A program made the position numbers and the translations under genes. A stretch of 20,000 nt of DNA from Chiloscyllium plagiosum (lineage: Eukaryota): NCBI RefSeq assembly GCF_004010195.1, contig NC_057719.1, positions 49,553,578-49,573,577 on the forward strand. Reading direction: 5' to 3'. The number at the start of each line of letters is the position of its first letter. Position 1 is the first letter of the stretch. Shown in pieces: positions 9,536 through 18,934 of the stretch. The notes beneath the pieces were generated by a model. The model had not been told where the DNA came from and made no database searches. It worked only from the letters and a program-made list of their open reading frames with translations.

Positions 9536-11241
9536 AGGCTTGTGGGCTGGGCGGTGGGGAGAGAACTGAGAGATAAATGGGAGGTGTGGTGTGTTTGGGG
9601 GAAAGGTAGCTGAGAATTCGATAGGGAGAAGGTGATGGGTTGGAGAGGAGGGTGGAGTGGATAGATGGGAAGGTGATGGACAGGTCAGGAGAGTGGTGCC
9701 GAGTTGGAGGTTTGATATTGGGATAATGTGGAGGGAGGGGAACTGAGGAAACTGGTGAAATCCACATTGATCCTGTGTGGTTGCAGGGTCCCAAGGTGGA
9801 AGATGAGGCGTTCTTCCTCCAGGCGTCGGGTGGTAAGGGTTTGGCGGTGGAGGAGGCCCAGGACCTGCATGTCCTTGGCAGAGTGGGAGAGGGAGTTGAA
9901 ATGTTCAGCCATGTGGAGATGGGGTTGGTTGGTGCTGGTGTCTCAGAGATGTTTTCTGAAACGATCTGCAAGTAGGCATCCTGTCTCCCCAATTTAGAGG
10001 AGACCACATCAGGTTTTACGGATACAGTTAGGTGACATTGGTAGAGGGCGCAGGTTTTGCACTTGCACCTGATTTTTCCCTCCCTCCCCTTCCTGGACCT
10101 CTCCATCTCCATCTCCGTCGACCGACTAACCACGGACATCTACTACAAGCCCATCGACTCTCACAGCTACCTAGACTACACCTCCTCCCACCCTACCTCC
10201 TGTAAAAACACCATCCCTTATTTCCAATTCCTCTGCCTCCACCTCATCTGTTCCCAGATTGACCAATTCCACCTTAGAAAATCCCAGATGGCCTCCTTCT
10301 TCCAAAATCGCAATTTCCCTTCCCACATGGTTGACAATGCCTTCTAACACATCTCTTCCATTTCCCGCACCACTGCCCTTGAGCTCCATCCCTCCCAATG
10401 CAACAAGGACAGAACCCCCTTCCACCCCACCAACTTCTGCATATATCGCATCATCCTCTGTCACTTCCGCCACCTACAAACAGACCCCACCACCAGATAT
10501 ATTTTTTGCTCCCCACCTCTATCAGCGTTCCAGAGAGACCATTCCCTCCTCAACTCCCTTGTCAGATCCAGGCTTCCCCACAACTAGCGCCCCCCAACCA
10601 CCCCACCAGCTCACACCCCACTCCCGGCATCTTTCCCCGCCACTGCAGGATGTGCAAAACCTGCGCCCACACCATCCAAGGTGCCAAAGGATCCTCCCAC
10701 ATCTGACAGAAATTTACCGGTACCTCTACCAATGTCATCTCTGTATCCATTGCACCTGATGTGATCTCCTCTACTTCAGGGAAACAGAATGCCTTCTTGC
10801 AAATCATTTCAGCGAACATCTCTGAGACACCTGCACGAACTAACCCCACCGCCCCGTGGCTGAACACTTCAACTCCCCCGTCCCACTCCGCCAAGGACAT
10901 GCAGGTCTTGGGCCTCCTCCATCGCCAAACCATTACCACCCGATGCCTGGAGGAAGAACGCCTCATCTTCCAACTTGGGACCCTGCAACCAAGCGGGATC
11001 AATGTGGATTTCAACAGTTTCCTCATTTCCCTTCCCCCAAAATTATATCAGTCCCAAACCTCCAACCTGGTACCGCCCTCCTGACCTGTCCATCACCTTT
11101 CCCATCTATCTGCTCCACCCTCCTCTCCAACCTATCACCTTCTCCCTCACCTTCAACTATCTATTGCATCCTCAGCTATCTTCCTCACAATACCTACACC
11201 CTCCCCCACCCCCACCCAACTTATCTCTCAGACCCCCACAC

Positions 11242-11278
11242 ATTCCTGATGCAGGGCTTATGCCCGAAATATCGATTC
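11242..11278 (+). ncRNA. Hammerhead motif in the right pLTR, mutated core
   Basis: attc-CTGATGC-a-GGGC-ttat-GCCC-GAAA-TA-TC-gatt (A9>C, CG>TA). Confidence 0.6.
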
Positions 11279-11449
11279 TCCTGCTCCTCGGATGCTGCCT
11301 GACCTGCTGTGCTTTTTCAGTTCCACACTCTCGACTCTGATCTCCAGCATCTGCAGTCCTCACGTCCTCCTCTGCCTCTATGATAGGATCACTTAGGTAG
11401 TTATTTATACCTTTCAGAGTAGAGCCCTTTGCTGGCTTACAAAACATTA

Positions 11450-11553
11450 ACAGGGAAAATGCAGGAGATTGACAATAGTGTAAGTCAAAGTGCTAGAACC
11501 GGTGCAGATACAATGAGTTGCAAATCCTCATTCTGTGTAAAAATGATTCTATG
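11450..11553 (+). mobile_element. Degenerate CR1-like 3' tail
   Basis: gggaaaatgcaggaga..agaaccggtgcagatacaatgagttgcaaatcctcattctgtg..gattctatg resembles CR1 3' UTR ends. Confidence 0.35.
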
Positions 11554-12439
11554 TGTGGAAAACTAATGAGCCAGTGATTGGTACCTAAGACAAGTTGAAT
11601 TTTCAAATGGGTCTCTAGTGAGAGAGATTGGGCTTGAATTTTAAAAATTGAGAAGCTCCATGAAATGACAACTTTGAAAAGTGTCATGAAAGGACAGTAA
11701 CTCAGATGGGCTTTCAAGAGCAAGCAACACTTAAAAAGGCGTCTGCTTTTCATACAGTTCTTCATTTACAATAAACTTGTAGTTTCAAAGAGAGCAGCCA
11801 TAAATGCAAGTTACTTGTTTGCACTGTAGTACATCTAATGCAGATATACAGCCTGATTCCTGATGCTGTGCAGGAACCAATATCTGGTCCTAAACCAGGG
11901 ACAGCATCCAACATTCAAAAATGCCGAGTAATCGTCTGGAATTCTTTGGTGAGCCCCCTTGTGGTAATTTAACATGACCAATTTTAGGATCATATAACCT
12001 GGATTTTGATAGCAGCAATGATGGCAAAAACTGTTAGCTTTCACTTGTTGTTACCCCATTGAAACTGACAGCAACTTCTGTTGTCCGCACATGCTGTTGG
12101 TGAGTTAATACCTGCCCAGTGAAAGTGGTGAAGCAAGTGGACAATACTTGAGCCGATCTGCCACATCAGTAGATGACTTAGAAGCAATAACACTACCAGT
12201 CCACAAAACAGGGACAGCTATATGAATTATTTCCTCCCCATTCATCCTCTCTTTTTGGCAGATACGATCCTACTACAGCCGAACCTCGATTATCCGAACG
12301 TGATGGGCGGGCACTATTTTGTTCGGATAATCGATTATTCGGTTAATTGATTAAATGCCTTTTCTCTGGGGCTTGGAGTTTTCTATTAAGTCTGTTCCCT
12401 GTTCAGATCAGGCAGCAGCAACTGCGCGTGAGTCTCCCC

Positions 12440-12570
12440 GTGCCCCCCAACCCCATCCAACACTGCTCCCTGCCCGACCATCAACTCCATCCATTACCAC
12501 CCCCGCCTGCCCCCAACCACATCCAATACTGCACCCGCCTGCCCCCAACCCCATCCAACACCGTCCCCTG
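12440..12570 (+). repeat. C-rich tandem repeat, ~30-bp unit (gcccccaaccccatccaacactgc..cc.gcc), about 4 copies
   Basis: ccccaaccccatccaacac, ccccaaccacatccaatac and ccccaaccccatccaacac recur. Confidence 0.7.
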
Positions 12571-13049
12571 ACCCCCTCACACTAACACAGTCACAGTCTC
12601 TATGACGCCCTCATACTCACCCCATCACTGTCACCCTGTCCCACTCACACTCACTCCATCATCCTTAGCCTGACGCCCCTCACACTCACTCCATCATCCT
12701 CAGCCTGTCACACTCACACTCGCTCCATCACCGTCACCGTGAACCCCTCACACACACTCCATCATCGTCTCCCTGACCCCCTTACAGTCAATCCATTATC
12801 GTCACACTTATCCCCTCACGCTCACATCATCACGGTCACCCTGACCCTCTCACATGCACTCTATCTCAATCTCACTGAACCCCTCACACTCATTACAACA
12901 CCATCAGCCTGACCCCCTCGCATTCACTCCATCACCATCACCTGGACCCCATCACACTCAATCCGCCACCATCACCCTGACTCCCACACATTCACTCCGT
13001 CACAGTGACACTGACCTCCACACACACTCACTCCATCATCCTCACCCTG
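12570..13049 (+). repeat. Degenerate minisatellite, ~30-33-bp unit (tgacccctcacactcactccatcatcctcaccc), about 15 copies, running into the gap
   Basis: cactcactccatca.c.tcaccctgac recurs throughout. Confidence 0.85.
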
Positions 13050-13359
13050 NNNNNNNNNNNNNNNNNNNNNNNNNNNNNNNNNNNNNNNNNNNNNNNNNNN
13101 NNNNNNNNNNNNNNNNNNNNNNNNNNNNNNNNNNNNNNNNNNNNNNNNNNNNNNNNNNNNNNNNNNNNNNNNNNNNNNNNNNNNNNNNNNNNNNNNNNNN
13201 NNNNNNNNNNNNNNNNNNNNNNNNNNNNNNNNNNNNNNNNNNNNNNNNNNNNNNNNNNNNNNNNNNNNNNNNNNNNNNNNNNNNNNNNNNNNNNNNNNNN
13301 NNNNNNNNNNNNNNNNNNNNNNNNNNNNNNNNNNNNNNNNNNNNNNNNNNNNNNNNNNN
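13050..13359. other. Assembly gap (310 N)
   Basis: Run of N. Confidence 1.
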
Positions 13360-14044
13360 AACACCGTCCCCCCGCCCACACTCCCTAGCCTAGCCCCGCC
13401 CACTCCCATCCCCCCATCCATCCCCACCTCCACCCCAGCACGCCCCCACCCTCTCTTCGGGGCAGCCGGACTGGACAACGACAACAAGCCTGCTGCTGTT
13501 GCTACTGCCTTTTGGGGGGTGAGTCTCCAAATAGTGTGCGTGCACGGGCACACACACTTTTTATTGCAACTTTTTGACAGGTTCCACCTTTGCCCTGTAT
13601 AGGACAATGTTGGAAAGATTATCTGGGGAAGGAGGGTTTAGGGTGTCGAACGCTTATGTGGAACTCCAGGGAAAGTGTGGGGAGGGGGAGAGAAGGGTGG
13701 GAGGTGAGTCTTTTAGAGACGATGCCAGGACTTCTCAGCAGCACTTTTATCTCTGTAAACAAAAGACACGATCAGTGTTGGACACACGTCTTTGATGTAA
13801 TGTTTCTATAGGGACCTCGAGATCTCTTCAGATAATCTGATTTTTGGATAATTGGTATTCGAATAATCGAGGTTCCTCTGTAATATGCCATCTTTGACGA
13901 AGTGTTTCCTTTAGTTCTATTAGTATGGTATGTAATGCAATGTAAAATGTTTTATTGCAGCGTCCTATTACATTAGCATTAGTTTGAAGCTCACCACTCC
14001 TGGAGCTTTTTAGTAGCTGCAAAATCAGCAGTAGCTGACCAATT

Positions 14045-14712
14045 AGAACAAAGAATAAAGAATAATACAGCATAGGATCAGGCCCATCAGCCCTCCAAGC
14101 CTGCATCAATATATTCTGCCCTTCCAGACTAAAACTATCTTTACTCACAGGATCTGTATCCTTCCATTCCCTTCCTATTCATATAATCGTCCAGGTGTTT
14201 CTTGAATGCTGCAGTTGTGTCTGCTTCCATCACCTCCACTGGCAACACATTCCAGACACTCATCACCCTTTATGTGGAAAATCCTGCCTCACACATCTCT
14301 TTTAAACTTCCCCCCTCACACCTTGAACCTGCTCCCCCCTGTAATTGATCTCTCCACATTGGGAAAAATCCTCATACTTTCCATTCTATCCATGCCATTC
14401 ACAATCTTCTTAACTCCTATTCTTAACTCCCTTCAACCTCCTGCGTTCCAGTGAAAACAAACCCAGTCCATCCAAGCTTCCTTCAGAGTTACAATCCCCC
14501 ATACCAGGCAACATCCTGGTAAACTTTTCTGTACCCTTTCCAAAGCATCCACATCCTTCTCTTAGTGTGTTGACTAGAATTGTACATAATATTCCAACTG
14601 TGGCCTAATTTAAGTTCTATAAAACTGCAGCATAACCTGTTTATCGTTCTATTCAATGCCCCTTCCAATGAAGGCAAGCATGCCACAAGCCCTTTTTAAT
14701 ACCTTGTCTACT
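14045..14712 (-). mobile_element. CR1 LINE 3' fragment (RT C-terminus plus 3' UTR), decayed
   Basis: Minus frame GMLAFIGRGIE*NDKQVMLQFYRT*IRPQLEYYVQF*STH*EKDVDALERVQK matches the CR1 pattern RPxLEY..QFWSP...KD..ALERVQ. Tail ends in ttcttt/gttct repeats at ~14045-14062. Confidence 0.88.
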
Positions 14713-15217
14713 ATTGGCATATATAATGGCACTGTACTGCTGTTTCAATGTTCAAGTGCAAATTCAGAACTGAGAGCTGACTGTTTTGAAGCTGTTCTTG
14801 ATGATAAAGTAAGGACAAATTGACTATATTAAAAAGAAATTATATTTGTGCAATGTACAGTGGACTGAGATACAAGCATCAGGGTGGTAATGCTCACAGT
14901 GTTACTGTGATTAAGGCAAAAAATTCTAGAAGTACTCACCAGATTGGGCAACATCTGTGGAGAGAGAAACAGTGAACAGCTTGCATTGCACTGGCCAACT
15001 GCCCTGAGAATCTAGCTACCTTAACAGCATGGATTTCCCCTTTCCTGACAACAGCTATTACCAGATCAGGGGTCCTCTTAATGTCCAACAAAGTACTTCC
15101 AAAATTATGGCATACACATGGCATTAATATCAAATCTGGAATTTATGAATTTAAAAATACATCCAGTATTTTAAAAAAGTTATAATAGTTGTTTGAGAAA
15201 GACAACGGAACGAGGAC

Positions 15218-15793
15218 ATGCCACAACCCAAAGGACTAGCCACACTACCATACATCAGGAGCATTTCAGAACTGACAGCCAGATTACTGCAACCACTAGG
15301 ACTTATAACAGCACACAAACCAACAGCCATCCTCAGACAACAACTCACCAGAACGAAGGACCCGATACCCAGCATGAGCAAAACTAATGTAGTGTACAAA
15401 ATCCCATGCAAGGACTGCACAAAACACTATATAGGACAAACAGGAAGACAGCTAACGATCCACATCCATGAACATCAACTAGCCACGAAACGCCACGACC
15501 AGCTATCCTTAGTAGCCACACATGCAGATGACAAGCAACATGAATTCGACTGGGACAACACTACCATTATAGGACAAGCCAAACAAAGAACAGCCAGGGA
15601 ATTCCTAGAAGCATGGCACTCATCCACAAACTCCATCAACAAACACATCGACCTGGACCCAATATACCGGCCACTACAGCGGACAGCTGAAACTGACAAT
15701 CGGAAGCGGCAGGGACAGGCCACTATAAATGCCGGAGGAAACACCACAGAAGCGCTTCACAGGAGGCTCCCAAGCACTGAGGATGTCACCTAG
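15218..15793 (+). CDS. Uninterrupted 191-aa C-terminal fragment of a PLE polyprotein (GIY-YIG endonuclease); probably not expressed
   Basis: ORF track. VVY...YIG, conserved His, Glu (REFLE) and Asn (SIN). The RT part is missing, with an in-frame TGA at 15194 in the flank. Confidence 0.75.
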   Translation: MPQPKGLATLPYIRSISELTARLLQPLGLITAHKPTAILRQQLTRTKDPIPSMSKTNVVYKIPCKDCTKHYIGQTGRQLTIHIHEHQLATKRHDQLSLVATHADDKQHEFDWDNTTIIGQAKQRTAREFLEAWHSSTNSINKHIDLDPIYRPLQRTAETDNRKRQGQATINAGGNTTEALHRRLPSTEDVT

Positions 15794-15813
15794 ACAGGGG
15801 ACGAAACGTTTGC
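15774..15813 (+). ncRNA. Minimal hammerhead ribozyme motif, core intact
   Basis: gca-CTGAGGA-t-GTCACCT-agac-AGGGGAC-GAAA-CG-TT-tgc. Stem I is gca/tgc, stem II pairs 6/7 bp, palindrome AACGTT, triplet GUU. Confidence 0.85.
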
Positions 15814-15908
15814 AACAAAAATTCCCAGCTCGGCGAACAGAACCACAACAACGAGCACCCGAGCTACAAATCTTCTCACAGACTTTGAGTTGTTTGACAA
15901 CACAGAAG

Positions 15909-16335
15909 TTGAATATTATTGAAAAAGACACATTTTGATTCAGTTTTTTTGTTTTGTACTCATCATGGCATTTAACAACATTTAATACTACTTGAGTGTT
16001 GCCATGGACAATGCATCAGTTAACATGATGACTGATAGTTAACTGCCAAACTTTAAAGTTAGACCATTTCTGATTTTCCAAGGCATTGCCCTGAGGAATG
16101 AGCCACGGAATACCTGTTGCCGATTTTGTTAAGTTGAAATGGAGCAATGTGTGTTCATGTTCTTTCTGTCTGTAAAGAACAGGGCCTTGTATGTTAATAT
16201 ATGTAGTTTCCAGTGCACAGTGTGCCAAACTGCAGGACCGACTGCCAATCTTAAATTGGTTGTCAGCCTAATTCAGTGTTCTGATGAATGTCAGATGAAA
16301 AGCTTCAACAAAATGTGGCTTCTAGCAATACTCAA
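15909..16335. mobile_element. Non-coding ~430-bp inverted-repeat element with a hammerhead motif in each arm
   Basis: Left ttgaatattattgaaaaagacacattttg..gtactcatca versus the reverse complement of the right arm ttgagtattgctagaagccacattttgttgaagcttttcatctgacattcatcag. A second partial copy lies at 1751-1950. Confidence 0.7.
16277..16310 (+). ncRNA. Minimal hammerhead motif with AAGCTT stem III
   Basis: tgtt-CTGATGA-AT-gtcag-AT-GAAA-AGCT-TC-aaca. Stem I tgtt/aaca is a perfect 4 bp, stem II is only 2 bp, triplet UUC. Confidence 0.6.
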
Positions 16336-16634
16336 AACTCACAATGAGGAATTTGATTTTTTTAGGATTAGTGACACTATTTACCAGTAATTATGAACTT
16401 AGCATGCTATTAAAAATCCAATTATACCTCATTCAACTTTTCTAGGGGCTTTTACAGCATAACTAGTTGTATAAAATGACATGATTTCGACTTGCTTACA
16501 GCTTGAGGGTCATCAGGGTGTCTCATGATGAAATGTGTTACTAAGTTATGGCAAATGCTTACAATTCCACCATCATTTCTCCCTGAGCTACTGTTTCAAG
16601 TTAATGATTATCAAAACTACAAAACTTTGGGCGT

Positions 16635-16970
16635 ATGACAGATTTTAAGTAATTACAGAGGCAGAAGGGAAAAGAGAGGAAAGAACAAAAGGGAAAAGAA
16701 TAGAGCAGTCAGAGTGGGAACTTAAATGACATGCTCACGATTACAGACTGAACAGAAGTGCTGTGCTGTGCTGTGCAGCCATGTAATTTGCATTTTGTCT
16801 CCCCAAATTAGAAGAAAATGAATCCGGGAGCAGAGATTGATATACTCAATTGAAATGTATTTGTAAATTTTACCTAAAAGGTACCTTTTACCTAAAAGGG
16901 ATGTTTAGACCTGAACAGTCAGGATAAGGAGGTAAAGGGGTAGCTTGTATGTGAAGATGCTGTGGTAAAG
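16635..16970 (-). mobile_element. Possible very old PLE 3' remnant
   Basis: Purine-rich tract resembling in composition the PLE 3' region at 9545-9700, plus weak recalled similarity. No translatable motif. Confidence 0.25.
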
Positions 16971-17119
16971 AGTGTGACTGTTAAGGAAGATTGAGTAGAT
17001 CAGTGCTTTTGTACATCATTCCATTTGGCTTAAAACAGAAATCGTAAAAGATCAGCTGAAGTGTACATGTTAAGGTGTAATTAAAATTGTGATGAATTAA
17101 CAGATGACTATCTATTGGA

Positions 17120-17275
17120 AGAACAGTGATAACGTTGCTGGACTGGAAATCCAGAACTCTGGACGAATGCTCTGAAGACATGAGTTCACATGTCAACATG
17201 TCAGCTGGGGAAATGTAAATGCAATAAATTTGGAATAAGTAATTAATCTCATTAATGATGATCATGCAAGAACTA
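17120..17275 (+). mobile_element. 5' fragment of the 3688-4015 SINE family, decayed
   Basis: ctggactggaaatccagaactctggacgaatgctctgaagacatgagttcaca..catgtcagctggggaaat..tggaataag aligns loosely with 3705-3820. Confidence 0.5.
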
Positions 17276-17494
17276 AACAGTTCCAAAAACTAAACGAATA
17301 GCACATTAGTTGAAACTCTAGGGCTTTCAATAAAAGTGAATCAATACCATATCAGATTTTAAATTAGCTCAGGTCTGGAGGTTCATTAGAGATTCCATGA
17401 TACTATATATAGAAAAGTGGAAAATTCACCCAGTGCCTTGGTCAGCAGTCCTCCCTCAGCCAGAAGTATTTTGAGTTGTCACTGAAGGGAGATG

Positions 17495-17990
17495 ATGTAT
17501 CACTCTCATTTCTCAAGTAGACAGTGGCGAATCCGGTTCCACTCCAGAGGCTTGAGCCTACAATTCTAAGCTGACGCTACAGCACAACATTAAAGGAGTA
17601 CTGAACAGTCAATGTTACAATCATTTGAATGGGGTGTTAAACCAATATCCTGTATGTGCTGTCAGATGAATGTAAAAATTCCTAGATGGCAATATTTTGA
17701 AGAAGAAAGGTAAATTGTCTCTGCCATCTTCACTAATATATGACTTTTGTTCAGTTTTGGGCACTGGGAATAACAGAATCTGGAGACAATGATGGGAAAA
17801 TAAAGATTTTGTAGGAGAGCAGGCATGATCTTATTAAGTGCTGGAAGAGGCTGAATGGATCACTTGGTCTATTCCTGCTTCATTTATTTATAATCTTAAC
17901 CAATATCACTGCAATAGATTATCTGGTCATTCTGAGATGTTTTTAGGAGCCTGCTGTACACAAAAAGAGTGCCATATTTCATACATTATG
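17495..17990 (+). mobile_element. Ancient DeuSINE (SacSINE1/AmnSINE1-like Deu domain), split by a CR1-tail insertion at ~17743-17893
   Basis: Contains ccactccagaggcttgagcc..ctaagctgac, gttaaacc..gtcagatgaatgtaaaaattcc..atggcaatattttgaagaaga, and after the insert aaccaatatcact..agattatctggtcatt..ggagcctgctgtacacaaa. These match recalled Deu-domain blocks. Confidence 0.65.
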
Positions 17991-18063
17991 TTGCAGGAAT
18001 TTCCAGGTATGTCGCCAGTCAACTATCCTCTGGCCCTAATCCACAGAGAGTAACCAAATGGAA

Positions 18064-18358
18064 ATTAGATTAGATTACATTACAGTGTGGAAACAGGCCC
18101 TTCGGCCCAACAAGTCCACACCGCCCCGCCAAAGCGCAACCCACCCATACCCCTACATTAACCGCTTACCTAACACTACAGGCAATTTAGCATGGCCAAT
18201 TCACCTGACCTGCACATCTTTGGACTGTGGGAGGAAACCGGAGCACCCGGAGGAAACCCACGCAGACACAGGGAGAACATGCAAACTCCACACAGTCAGT
18301 TGTGGAGTCTCTGGCGCTGTGAGGCAGCAGTGCTAACCACTGTGCCACCGTGCCGCCC
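18064..18358 (-). mobile_element. HE1-type V-SINE lacking its B-box
   Basis: Reverse complement of 3228-3553 with (aatct)n tail at 18064-18077. The B-box segment is replaced at ~18300-18308. Confidence 0.92.
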
Positions 18359-18934
18359 ACAAATCTTTAGAGTATTTGAACTGGCCTTTATTGCGTGCTA
18401 CAGCAAGAGTCCCTGAATGTCAGACCGTGACATGCTGGAGACCTCAAGCAAAGGATTAGAGTCTGTTATACTCTCAGGTTCACTTACAAGAAATTAGCAT
18501 ATCCCAATTAAAAGGCATAAAACTATCTGAATGCAACTAATACTATCAATTAGGGTTACATTGTGTATACAACTAATCCATCACAACATGGGTATACCTA
18601 TTTAGTTGTAATATAAGACTGGTGTGAAGGCACATACATACTATCAAATCTAATCTTACTACTAGTTACAAGTTGTTCTTCATGTGACGATTTATGTCTA
18701 GCTTGTGTATATCATTTATCTTGTCCTGTATGATGTCCCTGGTGTTTTAATGACCTCTTTCAAGGTTATCACTTCTTTCCTATCTCTTAGGCAACTTGAC
18801 ATCAGAGTTAATAGTAGGATACAATCAATCCCTTATTATTTCAATTGGCAACTTGTAGTTTTGTGTCCTTGTGTGTTTATTCACAGCTAGCAACTCGCAG
18901 CTCGCTACTGTGTGCCCTTTACTATAACACTGCA

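Larger units (their letters stand above)
9443..11362 (+). mobile_element. Neptune-type Penelope-like element, 5'-truncated, with a ~620-bp inverted copy of its 3' end on the left (inversion junction ~10066)
   Basis: The plus arm gives LPFLDLSISISVDRLTTDIYYKPIDSHSYLDYTSSHPTSCKNTIPYFQFLCLHLICS (RT C-terminus/thumb), Cys linker FPRHCRMCKTCAH, and GIY-YIG C-terminus HFNS..HSAKDMQVLGLL..RCLEEERLIFQLGTLQPSGINVDF. The minus arm (9443-10066) repeats the endonuclease tail and pLTR. Frameshifts, stops and deletions are present. Confidence 0.92.
12276..13880. mobile_element. Non-autonomous Tc1/mariner superfamily (pogo/Tigger-like) DNA transposon
   Basis: TA|CAGCCGAACCTCGATTATCCGAA ... TTCGAATAATCGAGGTTCCTCTG|TA. 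The 23-bp TIR matches at 20/23, with TA TSD at 12274-75 and 13881-82. Repeated subterminal TTCGGATAATC-like motifs at both ends. No transposase ORF visible. Confidence 0.85.
15197..15885 (+). mobile_element. Penelope/Poseidon-type PLE, 5'-truncated, with intact GIY-YIG domain and 3' pLTR
   Basis: LPYIRSISE..NVVYKIPCKDCTKHYIGQTGRQL..HIHEH..HEFDWDNTTII..AREFLEAWHS..SINKHIDLDPIY, followed by a hammerhead motif. Confidence 0.92.

Noticed and set aside
9381..11447. Multiple overlapping 90-250 aa ORFs as genes
   Set aside because: They are frames and antisense frames of the decayed PLE.
12440..13049. Regularly spaced repeats suggestive of a CRISPR array
   Set aside because: The units are degenerate, contiguous and low-complexity with no unique spacers, and the context is vertebrate.
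12854..13607. Long ORFs in the ORF track
   Set aside because: Artefacts of the N gap and the minisatellite.
14920..14980. Short pLTR-end-like string (ctagaagtactcaccagattgggcaacatctgtggagagagaaacag)
   Set aside because: Too short and diverged to support, and no ribozyme core remains.
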